DNA from: a bacterium
GTDB taxonomy: Bacteria; UBP18; UBA7526
NCBI GenBank assembly: GCA_030615855.1
Contig: JAUWYL010000013.1
Coordinates: 1-36,278, forward strand
Direction of reading: 5' to 3'
Length of the DNA: 36,278 bases
Numbering within the stretch: position 1 is the first letter of the stretch; every line of letters begins with the position of its first letter. The notes beneath the pieces were generated by a model. It was not told where the DNA came from. It made no database searches and was given only the letters and a program-made list of their open reading frames with translations. This document shows positions 9,491 to 18,164 of this stretch, piece after piece. Made by a program: the position numbers and the translations under genes.

Positions 9491-10303
9491 ATGAGAAAGT
9501 ATCGCATTAAAAACCTTAGGATCGCTCCCCGACCTAAACATCTTAAGGGGAAAAGAAAAAGGATAAAGAGTCTCTTTAAGAATACCTTTAGGTTACTTCT
9601 CATCTTAGCCATCGTCTCCTCTCTGGGATTTATGGGGAAGTGGTTCCATGAATTTATTCATACCTCTTCGAGTTTTAATATAGAGGAGATCGATATCCAG
9701 GGATTGAATCGACTGAAGGAGAAAGAGATCCTCAATCTTTTATCTTTAGAGCTTCCCCAGAATATATTCTACATGGATCTGAAAGAAGCAAGAGAGAGGA
9801 TCGAGACCCACCCCCGCATCAAAGAGGCCATCATCCATCGTCGTCCCCCAGGGAGGGTCATCATCCGGGTCAGGGAGAGGGAACCCATGGCCCTCATTAA
9901 TCGGGAAGGGGAGTTCTTGGGGATAGATTCCTCATGCGTTCCCTTTCCCCTGGTGGAGCCCCTAAAGGGAGTTGATCTACCCCTCATCACGGGAATAGAA
10001 TCCGGCGAGATAATCATTGGTGAAGAGTCAAAATCTCCCAATCTCAGGACGGCCCTGGATATCCTGAAGACCATTCTCTCTTTGAAGGGGCACTTATTCA
10101 GCCAGATCTCAGAGATAAATGTGCTAAATGGGATAATCCTCTATACCATAGGGGCCACCCGGGTTCGAATGGGAAAAGAGGACTTCCGGGATCAACTTCT
10201 CAATCTCCAGGGGGTGCTCATTCACCTGAATCAGGAGAAGAGGAGGGCGGAATATATCGATCTAAGATTCAAGAATAAAGTCATTGTCAAAGAACACGAA
10301 TAG
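9491..10303 (+). CDS. ftsQ: Cell division protein FtsQ/DivIB
   Basis: Basic N-terminus, one TM helix, POTRA-like segment, C-terminal YIDLRF; between ddl and ftsA. Confidence 0.9.
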   Translation: MRKYRIKNLRIAPRPKHLKGKRKRIKSLFKNTFRLLLILAIVSSLGFMGKWFHEFIHTSSSFNIEEIDIQGLNRLKEKEILNLLSLELPQNIFYMDLKEARERIETHPRIKEAIIHRRPPGRVIIRVREREPMALINREGEFLGIDSSCVPFPLVEPLKGVDLPLITGIESGEIIIGEESKSPNLRTALDILKTILSLKGHLFSQISEINVLNGIILYTIGATRVRMGKEDFRDQLLNLQGVLIHLNQEKRRAEYIDLRFKNKVIVKEHE

Positions 10304-10398
10304 ACACGAACTGACACGAGAAAAGATAGGAAATGACACACGAAATAACACGAAGAAATTCGTGTGAATTCGTAATAAATTCGCGTGGATTCGTGTAA
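10293..10398. repeat. Inverted ~10-mer arrays (ACACGAA-core / TTCGTG-core)
   Basis: aacacgaatagacacgaactgacacgag...acacgaaataacacgaa vs ttcgtgtgaattcgtaataaattcgcgtggattcgtgt. Confidence 0.85.
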
Positions 10399-10415
10399 TA
10401 TGATAGCGAGGAGAA

Positions 10416-11651
10416 ATGGCGAAAGAGGACTTTGTCGTTGGACTCGATATCGGGACAACCAAAATCTGTGCCCTTGTAGGGAAAAGAGACCTGGAGGGAA
10501 GAATAGAAATCTTGGGCCTGGGCCTCAGTCCCTCTAAGGGCTTGCGCAAAGGGATGGTAGTTGACATAGAGCATACCATTCAATCCATAACCAAGGCAGT
10601 TGAGGAGGCAGAAGCTCAAGCTGGGGTTGAGATAACCGGGATCTATGCCGGGATTGCCGGAGGACATATCGAAGGATTAAACAGGAGCGGGGCGGTGGCT
10701 GTTGCTCATCCAAACAGGGAGATTACCAGGAGGGATGTGGAGCGGGCGATGAATGCTGCCCAGGTGGTAGCCATATCCCCGGATAGGGAGGTCATCCATG
10801 TCCTTCCCCAGGACTTCACCATCGATGATCAGGATGGGATTAAGGAGCCGGTGGGCATGTCCGGGGTGAGATTAGAGGCCAGGATTCACATCGTCACCGG
10901 AGCCGTGGCTGCTGCCCAGAATATTGTGCGGAGCGTCAATCGGGCTGGCTTCCGGGTGGAGGACATTATCCTCCAGCCCCTGGCCTCAGCAGAGGCGGTC
11001 CTGACCCCGGAAGAGAAGGAGCTAGGGGTGGTCTTGGTCGACATTGGAGGAGGAACCTCGGATATCACCCTCTTCCTGGAGGGGAATGTGTGGCATACTG
11101 CGGTTCTCTCCGTAGGAGGGGATCAGGTAACCAATGACGTCGCCATCGGTCTTTCTACCCCCATCAGTGGCGCAGAGAAAATAAAGAAAAGCTACGGTTC
11201 CTGTCTCACTTCCTTAGTGGGAGAGGAGGAGATGCTCCGTATTCCCGGGATTGGGGGAAGGAAGGATCACCCCCTAAAAAGAAGGGTCTTGAGTGAGATA
11301 ATTCAGCCCAGGATGGAGGAGATATTCTCTTTAGTAAATGAGGAGATAAGGAAGACTGGTTATGAGGACTTGGTCAATGCTGGAGTAGTCGTTACTGGTG
11401 GCGCCTCCTTAATGAAGGGGGTGGTGGAATTGGCGGAGCAGGTTCTCGATGTTCCGATAAGACTTGGCCTGCCCCAGGGGGTTAGTGGACTTACTCCGAA
11501 CGTAAATAGTCCCATCTACGCCACCGGGGTTGGTCTGGTCATGCAGGGTCTGAGGTATCGTGCCTTGGGCCGGCCCTCAAGGTTCACCGAGGGCCATCTC
11601 TTCACCAAGATCACAGATAGGATGAAGGAGTGGCTCAAAGAATTTTTTTAA
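10416..11651 (+). CDS. ftsA: Cell division protein FtsA
   Basis: GLDIGTTKI, VDIGGGTSDI, VVTGGASL, YATGVGL, C-terminal amphipathic WLKEFF. Confidence 0.97.
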   Translation: MAKEDFVVGLDIGTTKICALVGKRDLEGRIEILGLGLSPSKGLRKGMVVDIEHTIQSITKAVEEAEAQAGVEITGIYAGIAGGHIEGLNRSGAVAVAHPNREITRRDVERAMNAAQVVAISPDREVIHVLPQDFTIDDQDGIKEPVGMSGVRLEARIHIVTGAVAAAQNIVRSVNRAGFRVEDIILQPLASAEAVLTPEEKELGVVLVDIGGGTSDITLFLEGNVWHTAVLSVGGDQVTNDVAIGLSTPISGAEKIKKSYGSCLTSLVGEEEMLRIPGIGGRKDHPLKRRVLSEIIQPRMEEIFSLVNEEIRKTGYEDLVNAGVVVTGGASLMKGVVELAEQVLDVPIRLGLPQGVSGLTPNVNSPIYATGVGLVMQGLRYRALGRPSRFTEGHLFTKITDRMKEWLKEFF

Positions 11652-11660
11652 GAGGAAGAA

Positions 11661-12752
11661 ATGGCTATTGAATTTGAGGAAGAGATTCAGGTTCCCACAA
11701 AGATAAAGATCATCGGCCTGGGCGGTGGAGGGGGGAATGCTGTGGGAAGACTAGTGGATAAGAGGCTTCCCCAAGTAGATCTCATTGTGGCCAATACCGA
11801 TGCCCAAGCCTTGAAAGGTTGTCGAGTCTCCCAGAAGATCCAACTGGGCTGTAAGATCACCAAGGGCCTCGGTTCCGGAGCTGATCCCGAGATCGGGAAA
11901 AACGCTGCCCTTGAGGATAGGGAAAGAATAAGAGAAGCCTTGGAGGAGGCAGACATCGTCTTTGTCGCTGCCGGGTTAGGAGGGGGAACGGGAACCGGCG
12001 CTGCTCCAGTCGTTGCCCAGGTCTCGCACTCTCTGGATGCTCTGACCATCGCTATTGTTACCCTCCCCTTTACCTTTGAGGGGAGAAGGCGGGCCCTTGT
12101 GGCAGAGGCCGGCCTCAAAGAACTGAGGCCCAAAGTGGACATCCTGATCGCTATCCCCAATCAGAGATTAATCGATCTGGTGGAAAAAGGGGATTCCATT
12201 ATCCAGGCCTTCCAGCCAGCAGATGATATCCTCTATCACGGGGTAGCTTCTCTCTCAGATCTGGTGAGCCTTCCCGGATTGGTCAACGTAGACTTCGCCG
12301 ATATTCGAACAGTCATGAACTCTAAGGGAGAGGCTATTCTAGGATTTGGAAAGGCAAAAGGAGAAAAGAGAGCTCTTGAGGCTACCCAACTGGCCCTGGC
12401 CAATCCCCTATTAGAGGAAAAATCCATTAAAGGAGCAAAGGGTGCCTTAATCAATATTGCTGGACCCAAGGACCTTACCCTGAGCGAAGTAAACGAAGTG
12501 ATGGACATCGTCCACAAAGAGGCGGATGACGATGCCCAGATTATCTTTGGAGCGGGAATAGACGAAAGACTCGAGGAGCTAATCAAGGTAACGGTGATTG
12601 CCACGGGCCTGGAGACTCCTGAGAGAGAGGAGGAGGAACCAAAGAGAATCGAAACCATAGACTTTGAAGCCCTACTTTCTAAAGAGCGTGGCATTCCGGC
12701 AGGAAAAGACGAGGAGTATCTGGATATCCCCACCTTCATAAGAAAGAAATAG
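11661..12752 (+). CDS. ftsZ: Cell division protein FtsZ
   Basis: GGGGGNAV, NTDAQAL, GGGTGTG, NVDFADI, C-terminal LDIPTF. Confidence 0.98.
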   Translation: MAIEFEEEIQVPTKIKIIGLGGGGGNAVGRLVDKRLPQVDLIVANTDAQALKGCRVSQKIQLGCKITKGLGSGADPEIGKNAALEDRERIREALEEADIVFVAAGLGGGTGTGAAPVVAQVSHSLDALTIAIVTLPFTFEGRRRALVAEAGLKELRPKVDILIAIPNQRLIDLVEKGDSIIQAFQPADDILYHGVASLSDLVSLPGLVNVDFADIRTVMNSKGEAILGFGKAKGEKRALEATQLALANPLLEEKSIKGAKGALINIAGPKDLTLSEVNEVMDIVHKEADDDAQIIFGAGIDERLEELIKVTVIATGLETPEREEEEPKRIETIDFEALLSKERGIPAGKDEEYLDIPTFIRKK

Positions 12753-12779
12753 AGATTTCTGAAAAAGTCAGAAATCTTT

Positions 12780-12841
12780 GATTACATTGATTAAAAATGA
12801 GATTACACAGATTAGTTATAAATGAGAAAATCTGTGTAATC
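12780..12841. repeat. Inverted 9-mer-type repeat with perfect 13-bp arms
   Basis: gattacacagatt (12801-12813) / aatctgtgtaatc (12829-12841); degenerate extra copy gattacattgatt from 12780. Confidence 0.8.
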
Positions 12842-12887
12842 AGAGGGCTCTGAAGATTTTTTTGAGCCCTTAAGGATGTTACCCCAA

Positions 12888-12920
12888 AGGGGCCCTTGGA
12901 TTCAAGGGCCCCTCTTTTTT
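12888..12920 (+). terminator. Intrinsic terminator downstream of ftsZ
   Basis: 11-bp stem aggggcccttg/caagggcccct, 4-nt loop, followed by ctttttt. Confidence 0.75.
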
Positions 12921-13054
12921 GCAACCGCCCGTTCAGGATCCTGAGGATCCTTCAGGATCTGAAGGACAAAGACGCTAAAATATTCGACATTTGTCGAAGA
13001 TTTTGTTCCGATCTTATCGGAACTCAATTAACTGAAAGACGCAAAAAGAAAATG

Positions 13055-13082
13055 AAAAGGCCCGAGATTCTCGGGCCTTTTT
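13055..13082. terminator. Second, potentially bidirectional intrinsic terminator
   Basis: aaaaggcccgaga-t-tctcgggccttttt. Confidence 0.7.
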
Positions 13083-13114
13083 CTCTTTCGAGGGAAAAAA
13101 GTAAAAAAAAGGAC

Positions 13115-13143
13115 TTGCCCCGTTAGAAATTTTGTGATATCAT
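13115..13143 (+). promoter_or_regulatory. Putative sigma70-type hybrid promoter for dnaE
   Basis: TTGCCC-17 bp-TATCAT with TG extension; the -35 straddles the left junction of a MITE-like element. Confidence 0.45.
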
Positions 13144-13216
13144 TTACTTAGTAGAGACTTTACCAAGCCCCTAATTTTCTCAAGCAGAATTCTGATCGAG
13201 ATAAGTTCTAACGGGG
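13118..13216. mobile_element. MITE-like element, CCCCGTTAGA family, 99 bp
   Basis: TIR ccccgttagaaatt / aagttctaacgggg (13/14); flanks CTTG / CTTA. Confidence 0.75.
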
Positions 13217-13272
13217 CTTAAAATAGAGTTCAACTTCTGATAGAGTAGAAGTTGAAAGCAAGAGGTATCAAA

Positions 13273-16200
13273 ATGGTTGAGCATACCCACTTCGTTCATC
13301 TTCATGTCCATACCGAGTATAGCCTTCTGGACGGTGCCTGCCGCCTGAAAGACCTGGTGAAGGCCGCCCGAGACTATCGCATGCCTGCTCTGGCCATTAC
13401 CGATCATGGGAATATGTTTGGGTCCATCGACTTCTATCGCACGGCCATGACCCGGGGAATAAAGCCCATCATTGGCTGTGAAGTCTACGTTGCCCCCAAG
13501 TCAAGATTTGAGAAATCTCTAAGTCAGACGAAAGAAGCCTCCTACCATCTGGTGCTCTTAGTGAAGGATGAGACGGGCTATAGGAATCTGATAAAACTGG
13601 TCTCCATCGCTTACTTAGAAGGCTTCTACTATAAACCGAGGGTGGATAAAGAGGTCCTGACCAAATATCATGAGGGGCTAATCGCCCTATCCGGCTGCCT
13701 GAAGGGAGAGATCCCCACCCTCATCCTGGATAATAGGATAGAGGAGGCGAAGAAGGTAGCCCTAGAATATAAAGATATATTTGGGCAAAAGAACTTTTTC
13801 TTAGAGCTCCACGATCATGGAATAGCGGAGCAGAAGAGGGTAAATAAGGAACTGATCTCGATGGGAAAAGAACTGGGAATCGGCCTGGTGGCCACTAACG
13901 ACTGCCACTATATCAGAAGGTCAGATGCTCCGGCTCATGATATCCTCTTATCCATCCAGACCGCCACCACCATCGATGACCCCAACCGCCTCAGGTTCTC
14001 CACAGAGGAGTTCTATCTCAAGTCCCCTCAGGAGATGGGAGACCTCTTCCGCCATATACCAGAGGCCATTGAGAATACTATTCAGATCGCAGAAAGATGT
14101 AACCTAGAACTTAGTTTTGGCGAAACCTACCTCCCTCATTATAAACCTCCCGAGGGCTATACCCTGGATGACTACTTAGGGGGACTCTGCCATAAAGGGC
14201 TAAAGGAAAGGCATCCTCAGGCTACACCGGAGATAGAAGAGAGGCTGGAGCACGAATTAAAGATCATCAAGGATACGGGATACGCCTCTTACTTTTTAAT
14301 CGTTTGGGATTTTATCCAGCTTGCCAAGAGTAAAGGGATTGCGGTTGGCCCGGGAAGGGGTTCTGCTCCGGGAAGCTTGGTGGCCTTCTCCTTAGGCGTC
14401 ACCAGTCTCGACCCCCTAAAACATGGTCTTCTCTTTGAACGTTTCTTGAACCCGGAACGGGTAACCATGCCCGATATCGACATCGATTTCGCTGATGACC
14501 GAAGGGATGAGGTCATCGACTATGTGATAGAGAAGTATGGTAAGGAGAATGTTGCTCAGATCGCCACCTTCGGCACCATGAAAGCCCGGGCGGTGGTCAG
14601 AGATGTGGGAAGAAGCCTTAAGATCCCATATTCTGAAGTGGACAGGATCGCCAAGCTCATTCCTCCTGAGATAGGCATAACCATTGAACGGGCCTTAAGC
14701 ATGGTTCCCGAGTTAAAGGAACTTACCAAGAAGAACGAGAAGGTGAAGAGGCTGGTTGATATTGCCAAGTCACTGGAAGGCCTGGTGCGCCACGCCTCTA
14801 CCCATGCTGCAGGAATAGTAATTTCCAAAGAACCCCTGACAAACCATGTTCCCCTCTTTAAAGGAGCCCGGGATGAGATCGCCACCCAGTATGCCATGGG
14901 ACCCTTAGAGGCCATTGGCTTACTCAAGATGGACTTCCTTGGTCTGCGTAACCTCACGGTCATGGGCAATACTATGAAGATTCTAAAGGAGAAAGAGAAT
15001 ATCGATATCGATATGAGCAAGATCCCCTTGGATGATGAGAAAACCTTCCAGCTTCTAAGGAAGGCCCATACGGTTGGTGTATTCCAGATAGAATCAAGCG
15101 GGATGAGGGATCTCTTAAAGAAGCTCAAGCCAGAGGAATTCTCAGATATTGTCGCTTTAATCGCCTTATATCGACCAGGCCCTATGGGAAGCGGCATGAC
15201 GGATGACTTCATCAGGAGGAAGCATGGCCTCATTCCTATAAAGTATCTCCACTCCAGGTTAGAGCCCATCCTGAAGGATACCTATGGGGTCATTCTCTAT
15301 CAGGAGCAGGTGATGCGCATCGCAAGTGACCTGGCGGGCTTCACTATGGCCAAGGCAGACCTCTTAAGGCAGGCCATGGGAAAGAAGATTTCGGTGCTTT
15401 TAGATCAGCAGAGAAAGGAGTTCGTAGAAGGAGCAATAAAGAATGAAATAAGTAGAAATATTGCGAATAGGATCTTTGACCTCATCTCCCACTTCGCAGG
15501 TTATGGTTTCAATAAGAGCCATTCCAGCGCCTATGCTTTGATTTCCTATCAGACCGCCTATCTTAAGGCCAATTATCCTTTATACTATATGGCGGCCCTC
15601 CTTACCAGCGAGATGAATAATACTGATAAACTTATTAAGTATATTGAATTGACAAAGAGGATGGAGATCGATATCCTTCCCCCAGATATTAATGAGAGCA
15701 TGAGGGATTTTACGGTAGTAGGGAATGGCATCAGGTTTGGCCTGGCAGCAGTGAAGAATGTGGGGTCTGGGGCCATCACCTCTATGACTGAGATACGCGA
15801 GAAAAAGGGGAAATTCCGCTCACTATACCATTTCTGTGAGGAGGTGGATACCAGGCTCATCAATAGAAGGGCGATAGAGAGCCTCATAAAGTGTGGGGCC
15901 CTCGATTCCCTGGGAGCAAAGCGCTCCCAGCTCATGGCCGTCATGGATGAGGCCTTAGAGCGAGCGAGTGTGAGACAGAAGGAGCGGGCCCGGGGGCAGA
16001 CTTCCTTCTTGGAGGTCCTGGAAGAGGTGAGAGAGACTGGCTATCTTCCCGATATGGAGGAGTGGCCAGAGAATAAGCTCTTGGCCTTTGAGAAAGGGGC
16101 CCTGGGATTCTATATCTCAGGCCATCCCTTAGCCAGATTCTCCCGGGTTCTGGAGAAGTATACCACCACTACCACTGCCGAACTGGGAGAACTGACCAAT

Positions 16201-16704
16201 GGAAGCGAAGTTACTCTGGGGGGAATAATAACTACCTTGAGGCTCATCACCACCAGGAACGGAAAACGGATGGCCTTTGCCGGCTTAGAGGACTTGAAGG
16301 GAAGGGTGGAGGTCATCGTCTTTCCCGATGTCTATAATCAAGAGGCCTCTCTAGTAAGGAAGGAGACCATGGTCATCATCAAGGGAAGGGTGGATAAGAG
16401 TGGAGAGATAGCCAAGGTCATTACCTCCCAGATCCTTCCCCTGGAAGAGGCAGAGGAGCTCTTGACGAAAGCGATTCACATCAATATGACCACCACAGGA
16501 TTGGAAGGGGAGATGCTGAACCCCCTGAACAAGATTATGCTCAACCATCCGGGAGAGGCGAAGGTCTATCTCCATCTCAGGACCACCCATCATGGGGAGG
16601 CGGTGATAAGCCCCGGCCCCAGGATTAAGGTGAAGGCAACCCCGAAACTTAAGAGAGAGATTGAGGAGCTATTGGGAGAAGGAACTATCTATTATACAAG
16701 TTGA
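13273..16704 (+). CDS. dnaE: DNA polymerase III alpha subunit
   Basis: HLHVHTEYSLLDG PHP motif, GPGRGSA, MPDIDIDF, LLKMDFLGL, YGFNKSH, OB-fold region; ATG at 13273 preceded by AGAGGT. Confidence 0.98.
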   Translation: MVEHTHFVHLHVHTEYSLLDGACRLKDLVKAARDYRMPALAITDHGNMFGSIDFYRTAMTRGIKPIIGCEVYVAPKSRFEKSLSQTKEASYHLVLLVKDETGYRNLIKLVSIAYLEGFYYKPRVDKEVLTKYHEGLIALSGCLKGEIPTLILDNRIEEAKKVALEYKDIFGQKNFFLELHDHGIAEQKRVNKELISMGKELGIGLVATNDCHYIRRSDAPAHDILLSIQTATTIDDPNRLRFSTEEFYLKSPQEMGDLFRHIPEAIENTIQIAERCNLELSFGETYLPHYKPPEGYTLDDYLGGLCHKGLKERHPQATPEIEERLEHELKIIKDTGYASYFLIVWDFIQLAKSKGIAVGPGRGSAPGSLVAFSLGVTSLDPLKHGLLFERFLNPERVTMPDIDIDFADDRRDEVIDYVIEKYGKENVAQIATFGTMKARAVVRDVGRSLKIPYSEVDRIAKLIPPEIGITIERALSMVPELKELTKKNEKVKRLVDIAKSLEGLVRHASTHAAGIVISKEPLTNHVPLFKGARDEIATQYAMGPLEAIGLLKMDFLGLRNLTVMGNTMKILKEKENIDIDMSKIPLDDEKTFQLLRKAHTVGVFQIESSGMRDLLKKLKPEEFSDIVALIALYRPGPMGSGMTDDFIRRKHGLIPIKYLHSRLEPILKDTYGVILYQEQVMRIASDLAGFTMAKADLLRQAMGKKISVLLDQQRKEFVEGAIKNEISRNIANRIFDLISHFAGYGFNKSHSSAYALISYQTAYLKANYPLYYMAALLTSEMNNTDKLIKYIELTKRMEIDILPPDINESMRDFTVVGNGIRFGLAAVKNVGSGAITSMTEIREKKGKFRSLYHFCEEVDTRLINRRAIESLIKCGALDSLGAKRSQLMAVMDEALERASVRQKERARGQTSFLEVLEEVRETGYLPDMEEWPENKLLAFEKGALGFYISGHPLARFSRVLEKYTTTTTAELGELTNGSEVTLGGIITTLRLITTRNGKRMAFAGLEDLKGRVEVIVFPDVYNQEASLVRKETMVIIKGRVDKSGEIAKVITSQILPLEEAEELLTKAIHINMTTTGLEGEMLNPLNKIMLNHPGEAKVYLHLRTTHHGEAVISPGPRIKVKATPKLKREIEELLGEGTIYYTS

Positions 16705-16729
16705 ATAATTCCACTTAGTATAGTATAAT
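16701..16729 (+). promoter_or_regulatory. Putative sigma70-type promoter for fba-pfk
   Basis: TTGAAT-17 bp-TATAAT overlapping the dnaE stop codon. Confidence 0.6.
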
Positions 16730-16735
16730 AAAATA

Positions 16736-17096
16736 GTAATCAGTGAACGGTGAACTTCGAAGTAACCAGCGAACAGTAGCCAGCGAAACCATAGATTATC
16801 AGAACATCAGACTATCAGAATGAGAATTCAGATGGTCAGAATATCAGATTAGAACATCAGTGCATCCCCGAAGGAAAGCCTCCCCGAAGGACAAGCCTAC
16901 GGGGCAGGTCGGTTTCCAACGGGGCAGGCAGAACATCAGAATAAGAACTCAGAATACCAGATTCATTTTTTTCAATCTGACCCTCTGATAACTGACCTTC
17001 TCCATCTGATAATCTGGTTATCTGATACTCTTCTACTTTTTTACTGTCCCGAAGGGATCCCATTAGGATAAACTGTAAACTGGTTACTGTAAACTA
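16736..17096. repeat. Nested inverted arrays: outer heptamer pair, inner octamer pair, GC-rich inserts
   Basis: gtaatca gtgaacg...gtaacca gcgaaca gtagcca / actgtaa actggtt actgtaa outside; atcagaac-type / ctgataay-type inside. Confidence 0.85.
16865..16928. mobile_element. Two nested copies of a mini element TCCCCGAAGGA...ACGGGGCAGG
   Basis: Left end at 16865-16875 and 16881-16891; right end at 16899-16908 and 16919-16928 (order L-L-R-R). Confidence 0.6.
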
Positions 17097-17122
17097 ATAC
17101 CTACCTGAAAGGAGGAAAAAAG

Positions 17123-17986
17123 ATGCCATTAGTAACCACGAAAGAGATGTTGAAGAAGGCCCAGGCAGAAGGGTATGCAGTAGGGGGGTTCAATGCCAAT
17201 AACCTGGAGATCGTCCAGGCCATCATTGAGGTAGCGGAAGAGGAGAGGGCCCCGGTGATCTTACAGGCCTCTCAGGGAGCGATAAAGTATGCCGGTCTGG
17301 AATATATCGTGGCCATGGTACGGGTTGCTGCGGAGAAGGCAACCGTTCCCGTTGCCCTACATCTGGATCACGGGACAGATTATCTACAGAATATCAAGTG
17401 TATGAGAGCGGGTTTTACCTCTCTTATGTTCGATGGCTCAAAGCTACCCTTCGATGAGAATGTTGCTTTAACCAAGAAGGTTTGTGAGATGGCCCATGCG
17501 GTGGGCATACCAGTTGAGGCAGAGATAGGCCAGATTGGAAAGGCAGGAGGGGATGAACCGGGAGTGGCCATAGAGAAGGCCCAGGAGTTCTATGCCAAGC
17601 CAGAGGAAGCCAAGAGATTTGTGGAATTAACTGGCCTGGATTCCTTAGCCGCAGCAATAGGAACGATACATGGTTGCCGGACCCCCTTTGCCAAATTGGA
17701 TATACCCAGGATAGAGAAGATCAGGGAATTAACCAATGTCCCTCTGGTATTGCATGGGGCCAGTGGCGTCGATAACGAAGAGATTAAGAAGGGAATTGCT
17801 GCTGGGATGAGCAAGATAAATATCGATACGCGAATAAGGATGGCCTTTGTCAAGAAGACCAGAGAGGTCTTGGCAGAAAAGCCAGACGAGATCGATCCCA
17901 GAAAGGTCCTTGGTCCAGCAAAGGAAGCGGCAAAAGAGGTGATTAGGGATAGGATGAGACACTTCGGCTGCAACGGCAAAGCCTGA
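17123..17986 (+). CDS. fba: Class II fructose-bisphosphate aldolase
   Basis: LHLDHG, SLMFDGS, VEAEIG, IGTIHG, LVLHGASG, KINIDT; adjacent to pfk. Confidence 0.92.
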   Translation: MPLVTTKEMLKKAQAEGYAVGGFNANNLEIVQAIIEVAEEERAPVILQASQGAIKYAGLEYIVAMVRVAAEKATVPVALHLDHGTDYLQNIKCMRAGFTSLMFDGSKLPFDENVALTKKVCEMAHAVGIPVEAEIGQIGKAGGDEPGVAIEKAQEFYAKPEEAKRFVELTGLDSLAAAIGTIHGCRTPFAKLDIPRIEKIRELTNVPLVLHGASGVDNEEIKKGIAAGMSKINIDTRIRMAFVKKTREVLAEKPDEIDPRKVLGPAKEAAKEVIRDRMRHFGCNGKA

Positions 17987-18150
17987 ACGCAGATGTCGGA
18001 TGCGCTTCGCTGGCATCCGAGAGAGCATGAATATCAAGCAATGACCGCAGATCAAAACGCAGATGACCGCAGACAAAAATCAGCGGCTGACGCCTCAAGG
18101 CAAACAAAGTGCGTTAAGTATCAGTGTACTATGTCAGCGATAATCAGCGT
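17986..18150. repeat. CGCAGAT-core / ATCAGCG-core arrays with an inserted hairpin
   Basis: aacgcagat, gaccgcagat, aacgcagat, gaccgcagac vs atcagcg, atcagtg, gtcagcg, atcagcg; hairpin tcggatgc/gcatccga at 17996-18020. Confidence 0.75.
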
Positions 18151-18164
18151 TTGAGGGGGGAGAT

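Noticed and set aside
12896-13126. 76-aa ORF between ftsZ and dnaE
   Set aside because: Starts inside a terminator stem and crosses several hairpins and another terminator; no recognisable protein features.
14556-15269. Long antisense ORFs (this 237-aa one, 34087-34728 and similar)
   Set aside because: They lie opposite well-conserved genes, have no motifs, and are typical shadow ORFs.
13273-16704. Intein or split in dnaE
   Set aside because: Length of about 1143 aa and continuous motifs match a standard enzyme; no intein terminal motifs recognised.
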